Shown here: positions 59,304 to 63,979 of the stretch, piece by piece
How positions within the stretch are numbered: position 1 is the stretch's first letter
How the letters are laid out: each line of letters begins with the position of its first letter
Assembly: GCA_026196035.1 (NCBI GenBank)
Contig: JAPHQX010000055.1
Span: 1 to 63,979, forward strand
Origin: Gammaproteobacteria bacterium
GTDB taxonomy: Bacteria; Pseudomonadota; Gammaproteobacteria; SZUA-229
Length of the DNA: 63,979 nucleotides
Reading direction: 5' to 3'
Made by a program: the position numbers and the translations under genes
Notes under the pieces: model-generated
Databases searched by the model: none
Seen by the model: the letters and a program-made list of their open reading frames with translations, nothing else
Told to the model about the DNA's origin: nothing

Positions 59304-59954
59304 ATGAGCCAGCCTCCTGAATGCGATTACAGAAAACCGCAACGTCTTAGTTTTACCGATGATGAAGCACGTTTTCCCTGGCTAGCCATATTACTCAATG
59401 CCTATGCCGTCATTGATAAAGGCATCAGTGCAGCCATCGAGAGTGAACAGAAACAGGGCCGTCAACTGGCCTGTGCCAAAGGTTGCAGCAGTTGCTGCAC
59501 CACCCATCAGGATATCCCGGTTTATCCACTGGAACTCATGGGCATGAGCTGGTACGTAATAGAGAAGTTGCAATCACCTTTACGCGAACAGTTAAAACAG
59601 CAATTAAACAACATCGACAAGCTAAACACCTGCCCTTTCCTGTTAGAGGGTGCATGCAGCATTCACCCCATGCGTCCCATTGCCTGTCGACAATTCAACG
59701 TACTTAATAAAGCCTGCGCCGATGGTGAAGATGCATTTCATACAAGAAAGAATGATGTCATGAAACCCATAAAGCGCTTCACAGAAGAAGCCTTTGATAT
59801 CATGCTACCGTTTTATGGAATTAAGCGTAAAGGTGATCGCAAGAAAGCTATCAAACAGGGAAAGCTACATGCTGTAGCAAAAGTGATGCGCGAATGTAAC
59901 TGGCAGACTATGCCGGAAAAAATGACCGCATTCGAGAGCAAAATTATAAAATAA
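59304..59954 (+). CDS. YkgJ family (UPF0153) cysteine-cluster protein
   Basis: 216 aa. CAKGCSSCC motif plus CPFL...CSIHPMRPIACR. Confidence 0.75.
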   Translation: MSQPPECDYRKPQRLSFTDDEARFPWLAILLNAYAVIDKGISAAIESEQKQGRQLACAKGCSSCCTTHQDIPVYPLELMGMSWYVIEKLQSPLREQLKQQLNNIDKLNTCPFLLEGACSIHPMRPIACRQFNVLNKACADGEDAFHTRKNDVMKPIKRFTEEAFDIMLPFYGIKRKGDRKKAIKQGKLHAVAKVMRECNWQTMPEKMTAFESKIIK

Positions 59955-59985
59955 AAGCTTTACTGATTCAGCACACTACCAGTTG

Positions 59986-61662
59986 TTATACCTGTAGAAC
60001 CCATTGATCAATAAGCTTGAAAAGCTGATACTCCAGAACAGGCTTGGTAATACAGGTATCCATTCCAGCCTCAATAAATGTTTTTTGTTCATGAGGTAGC
60101 GCATGAGCTGTCAGCGCAATAATAGGGATATAGGTATCTGCTTCTACAGCACGTATTTTTTCAGTCACTTCAATACCATTCAGCTCTGGCATACGTATAT
60201 CCATTAGTATAAGATCAAAACTCTGATTAAGCGCTATATCTAATGCGCTCTTTCCATCAACAGCTTCAGTTGTCACAACACCACGCTGACCAAGCAGGGT
60301 GGTTATTAGCTTACGGTTAATCGCATTGTCATCCGCAACCAGAATACGTAAGCCAGTGTACCTGCCATCTGACTCTATTAAATTATGTTCCTGCTTAGGA
60401 TCGGGAACCTGATCTGTTTCAATGATGGGAAAATGTATCCAGAAAGTCACTCCACTTTTATCATTATCTTTTACGCCAATTTCGCCCTGCATTAATTCAA
60501 TCAGCTGCTTTGAGATTGCCAGTCCCAGACCTGTTCCAGAATCCGACTTATAAATAGATTGATCCACCTGAGTAAATGCATCAAAAAGATGCGCTTTCTG
60601 ACTATCTGCTATACCTCTCCCAGAATCAATAACCTCAATCATCAAATGATCAGAATCATTATGACTAATTCTTTCAGCCTTTAAAGTAATTGAACCACTG
60701 TCGGTAAACTTCACGGCATTACCAATTAGATTTGCAATGACCTGTCTAAGTCGTAGTGGATCAACAATTATATTTTCGGGAAGATTTTCTGCCATATGGC
60801 ATTGCAGATTCAGTGATTTTATTTTTGCAGATGCCTCAAATAATCTTACGACTGAATTCAGACATTCTCCTGTATTAATGACTTTCGTCTGTAATTCCAT
60901 TTTTCCGGATTCGATACGTGAAAAATCCAGTATGTCGTTAACAATACTCAACAAATCTTTTACAGATGTATTAATCGTTTCAACATAATCAGACTGATTT
61001 TTATCCAGATCTGTTTTCGATAACAGTCTGGTAAAACCAATAACACCATTCATAGGTGTACGAATTTCGTGGCTCATATTAGCCAGGAAAAGACTCTTGG
61101 CTTTATTCGCCTGCTCTGCTTCTTCTTTAGCTTTAATTAAATCCTGTTCGGCTATTCGCCTGGCGGTAAAATCCTGTCCGGTGCCTTCAACACCAATAAC
61201 ATTCCCCTGATCATCATATAAAAAATGTGCATTGGTTGACATCCAGATGGTAGAACCATTTTTATGCCTTAAAGTAATCGGATATTGCTCAACATGGCCT
61301 CCATTTTCAGCCATAGCTCTGAGAAACACTTCGCGCTGACCCGGGTCAGTATAAAACTCGGTAATCTTATGACCAACTAGCTCTTCAGGCTTATAACTCA
61401 ATAAGGGTTCAACTGAAGATGAAACAAACAGAAGCACACCCTCCACATCTGTTCGATAATAGGTATCCTGTAAATTATCCAGAATACCCTTGAGCTCACG
61501 TTTTGATATGCTCAAATCTTTTTCAATAGTTTTATTTTTTTCCAGGCCATCTGAATAGATAAAATGACTGGCTTTGAGTTTTCTGGATAACCTGAACCAT
61601 AGAAAAGTTGAAACGACAGTGGTGAAAATAAAGATAACCAGTAATATGTCTTGGAGCATCAT
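59986..61662 (-). CDS. Hybrid sensor histidine kinase (TM-PAS-HisKA-HATPase-REC)
   Basis: 558 aa. H-box FLANMSHEIRTPMNGV, N/G boxes (NLIGNAVKFT, DSGRGI, GTGLGLAISK) and a C-terminal REC (ILVADDNAINRKL, LMDIRMPELNG). Confidence 0.9.
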   Translation of the reverse strand: MMLQDILLVIFIFTTVVSTFLWFRLSRKLKASHFIYSDGLEKNKTIEKDLSISKRELKGILDNLQDTYYRTDVEGVLLFVSSSVEPLLSYKPEELVGHKITEFYTDPGQREVFLRAMAENGGHVEQYPITLRHKNGSTIWMSTNAHFLYDDQGNVIGVEGTGQDFTARRIAEQDLIKAKEEAEQANKAKSLFLANMSHEIRTPMNGVIGFTRLLSKTDLDKNQSDYVETINTSVKDLLSIVNDILDFSRIESGKMELQTKVINTGECLNSVVRLFEASAKIKSLNLQCHMAENLPENIIVDPLRLRQVIANLIGNAVKFTDSGSITLKAERISHNDSDHLMIEVIDSGRGIADSQKAHLFDAFTQVDQSIYKSDSGTGLGLAISKQLIELMQGEIGVKDNDKSGVTFWIHFPIIETDQVPDPKQEHNLIESDGRYTGLRILVADDNAINRKLITTLLGQRGVVTTEAVDGKSALDIALNQSFDLILMDIRMPELNGIEVTEKIRAVEADTYIPIIALTAHALPHEQKTFIEAGMDTCITKPVLEYQLFKLIDQWVLQV

Positions 61663-61847
61663 GCAACTATCTTCCCTAAAAAATTATTTCCAGTTTCTAT
61701 CTTTGACAATTTGAGCGCGCTGTTACAGAAGTGTTCTAATCATACCGTTTTTAATTAAATTCTCCATAATAATTAACACCCAGCTTGATAATTAAAGCCG
61801 ACCGAATTAATAGAATTTTGATAAAAATCAAATAATTACCTTCTAGG

Positions 61848-62384
61848 TTATTGGTCCTGTAACACTTGCCATGATAAATCACATTCCCCAGACTCAGTTG
61901 CTACATAGGCTGAATTACCTGTAATGGTAACAGAACAATCCATAGTACGTTGTACAAGCGCAGCCAGTGACTGAATATCCTGCCACTGAAACTGATAAAA
62001 AGAAGCCTTTAGCTGACTAAATCTGGATCGTCCCTGCTCCCACCAGATATCCGATTTTGAATTAAAGCTATAAACTTTAACCTTAGCGGCTAGACGTGTG
62101 GATTTTTTTATTCTATCTACAGCGGGCTCACCCACATCTATCCATAATGCAATCTGATCATCAAGTGTCCGCACCCATATATCAGGTTCATCCACTTCAC
62201 TTAAGCCTTTGGTAAAAGCCAGATATTCCTGAGCATTAATACAATACGCCATCACACGAATCATCATTCGTTCTAAATTTTCTGAAGGATGCTGGGCAAT
62301 AGTCAGACTAAGTGTATCGTAATAATCTCGGTTGAGATCTGAAAGAGAAATTCTGAACTTATAAATAGTTGGTTTTAATGCCAC
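61848..62384 (-). CDS. yaeQ: YaeQ family protein
   Basis: The GTG start gives (M)ALKPTIYKFRISLSDLNRDYYD, a typical YaeQ N-terminus. The upstream extension to 62453 is probably not translated. Confidence 0.8.
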   Translation of the reverse strand: MALKPTIYKFRISLSDLNRDYYDTLSLTIAQHPSENLERMMIRVMAYCINAQEYLAFTKGLSEVDEPDIWVRTLDDQIALWIDVGEPAVDRIKKSTRLAAKVKVYSFNSKSDIWWEQGRSRFSQLKASFYQFQWQDIQSLAALVQRTMDCSVTITGNSAYVATESGECDLSWQVLQDQ

Positions 62385-62712
62385 AAATAGATGCCTTATA
62401 ATCTTTACAACAGAAAGATAAAAGCAGCCGAACTCTTTTATCCAGTTAACCACTATCTATCATTTTGATTTCAATAGCAGTTCAATATAATCTCAATATT
62501 ATACCAGCAGTTGTCAGGCCAGCTCAGGCTATTTCATAACTTTAGAAGGAATAAATGAACCTTCTAATTTCACTCTAAAAGCCCATAATAACATCATTAA
62601 ATACTAATATTTTTCACATTTGATGCATAACAACATTATGCAACCTACACTTGTTTATGCTTCATACAAGACAGTGAATTTTATAACCCTACAAATGATT
62701 CAGGATAGGAAA

Positions 62713-63120
62713 ATGACACTAAAAAATGAACTCCAAAAAGAAAATCAGAATATTTTAGATAATATTGAAGTACTGGATTATTTAATTACTCACGACAAAT
62801 TACGTAACAATCCTGTTTTTTGCAATTTATTAAAGCAATTTACAACGACAATAAACGATCATTTAAAGCATGAAGGTAGAACTGCCTACAAGGAACTGTT
62901 ACCTCAAAAGGAAAGTGGCGCCCACGAAGTTGCAAATCAGTTTATAAACAATACCAGTCAGTTAAACAAAATCATGAATGACTACGCCAGACACTGGTGT
63001 AAGGCACCACATGATTTCAAAACCAATGAAGCATTTGTTGATGAAACTAAACACATATTTCACCTGGTATCTGAACGCATAAATCTTGAACAGAAAAAAC
63101 TTTTTCCGTATATCAAGTAA
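62713..63120 (+). CDS. Hypothetical protein, possibly hemerythrin-like (HHE cation-binding)
   Basis: The Met at 62713 follows an AGGATAGG Shine-Dalgarno. His/Glu spacing (DHLKHE..., HIFHLVSERINLEQKKLFP) hints at a hemerythrin-like domain. Weak. Confidence 0.4.
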   Translation: MTLKNELQKENQNILDNIEVLDYLITHDKLRNNPVFCNLLKQFTTTINDHLKHEGRTAYKELLPQKESGAHEVANQFINNTSQLNKIMNDYARHWCKAPHDFKTNEAFVDETKHIFHLVSERINLEQKKLFPYIK

Positions 63121-63229
63121 ACTGTTATATAACAGCCAGCAGATCACAACTATTAATGTATTTTTCGATACATAAATTTTATAATTGCTGATTTATATTG
63201 GCCTGATATTTTATTATTTTCAGGGGAGC

Positions 63230-63934
63230 TTATAAGCTGAAACTGTAAGTAATCCCCAGCAAAAAAATACGCTCACTGAAATCTATCACCTGTATATTAT
63301 TAACTGTCTTTTTTGAATTTAGATATTTTACAAGCCCATAAAACCCCACTTTCTGAAAATACCTGTAATGGACACCTGCCTCCAGGTTATAAAGATTATC
63401 CTTCGTTCTTGCTCCAGGATTATTTTCATCTGTCGGCACTTCAAGCCAGCCAATGCCACCGCCAAAAAAATAATTCAGCTTTTCGTTACTGGACAAGGGC
63501 GTTATGTAAAGCAGATTAAGAGACAGCAGCTTCGATATTTCATAAGCATGAGTGGGATCGGGACTGTTTGTATAAGACTCGCTGGCAATAGAAAACGCAA
63601 CTGGCAATGCAACAGGCCTGATATCAAGTGCTAGCTGACCGCCACCTAATTGATGAACTGGAGATCGACTATCTCTAAAGCCACCTTCGCCAAAGCGCAA
63701 TATAAAGTCGAATTTTTTCTTTCCAGGGCCTTCAGCGGCTGAACCTGAACTTTCTGGATGATTAATATCAGCCTGTGCATAAAGCTTTTCGGGCAACAAA
63801 ACTACCATAACTGTAAATAAGAAAAAGGATAAAGGTGTGAACCCAAACATAACATACCTGAAAAGTATGGAGGTATTATTAATTAACATCCTCAGCGCGC
63901 TGATCATTTCTTTAACCTCTTTTCTCTCTGTCAT
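63230..63934 (-). CDS. Putative outer-membrane beta-barrel protein
   Basis: 234 aa with a hydrophobic N-terminal signal-like segment. The C-terminal half has alternating aromatic/hydrophilic strands ending in ITYSFSL. The start is uncertain. Confidence 0.45.
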   Translation of the reverse strand: MTERKEVKEMISALRMLINNTSILFRYVMFGFTPLSFFLFTVMVVLLPEKLYAQADINHPESSGSAAEGPGKKKFDFILRFGEGGFRDSRSPVHQLGGGQLALDIRPVALPVAFSIASESYTNSPDPTHAYEISKLLSLNLLYITPLSSNEKLNYFFGGGIGWLEVPTDENNPGARTKDNLYNLEAGVHYRYFQKVGFYGLVKYLNSKKTVNNIQVIDFSERIFLLGITYSFSL

Positions 63935-63979
63935 TTGAAGGCCTTATCTCATTAACAAGACACTTACCTCAAGCATATC

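Noticed and set aside
1-63979. Search for CRISPR arrays, tRNA/rRNA genes, transposases, integrases, prophage or canonical defence operons
   Set aside because: I saw no regularly spaced direct repeats, tRNA cloverleaf candidates in spacers, or proteins with recombinase, transposase or defence-system signatures. Gene content and synteny look like core chromosome.

Overview
This 64-kb window reads as core chromosome of a roughly 40% GC (by eye) gammaproteobacterium with a polar-flagellum-type gene set. I recognised no rRNA, tRNA, CRISPR array, transposase, integrase or prophage genes.

Layout:
- 1-13.5 kb: flagellar/chemotaxis cluster. flgK (partial, missing from the ORF track), flgJIHGFEDCB, cheR and cheV lie on the minus strand. 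A divergent operon carries a soluble chemoreceptor, flgA, flgM and flgN.
- 13.5-23.2 kb: conserved housekeeping block recO-era-rnc-DUF4845-lepB-lepA-(glutaredoxin-like)-degP/mucD-rseCBA-rpoE.
- 23.3-37.2 kb: nadB, RhdA-like rhodanese, orn, M48 protease, small c-type cytochrome, rsgA, a GGDEF-EAL protein, a NERD protein, MOSC/DUF1415/GlcG, a cNMP-binding protein, and the complete EF-P beta-lysylation module (epmA-efp / epmB).
- 37.4-48.9 kb: region dense in c-di-GMP genes. It holds a large PilZ-like protein, a FimX-like degenerate REC-PAS-GGDEF-EAL protein, a HemN-like radical SAM protein, two small PilZ proteins and a membrane GGDEF-EAL protein.
- 49-64 kb: mixed genes including yaaA, an orphan response regulator, an EptA/MCR-family phosphoethanolamine transferase, SulP, ArsM-like/GST, a YebC-family protein, a hybrid histidine kinase and yaeQ.

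I see no canonical defence or mobile system. The most interesting signals are at RNA and architecture level:
1. Two strand-asymmetric arrays of short hairpins with GGA loops (CsrB/RsmZ-like repeat units). One splits flgH from flgI behind an intrinsic terminator. The other lies in the rhodanese/orn spacer. The same 13-mer hairpin recurs in the rpoE leader next to a sigmaE-type promoter.
2. A cytoplasmic chemoreceptor with a CZB zinc-binding domain, translationally coupled to flgA.
3. A co-transcribed pair of a PilZ-like protein (large insertion) and a FimX-like protein.

All protein assignments rest on motif and family recognition by eye. No database search was run.
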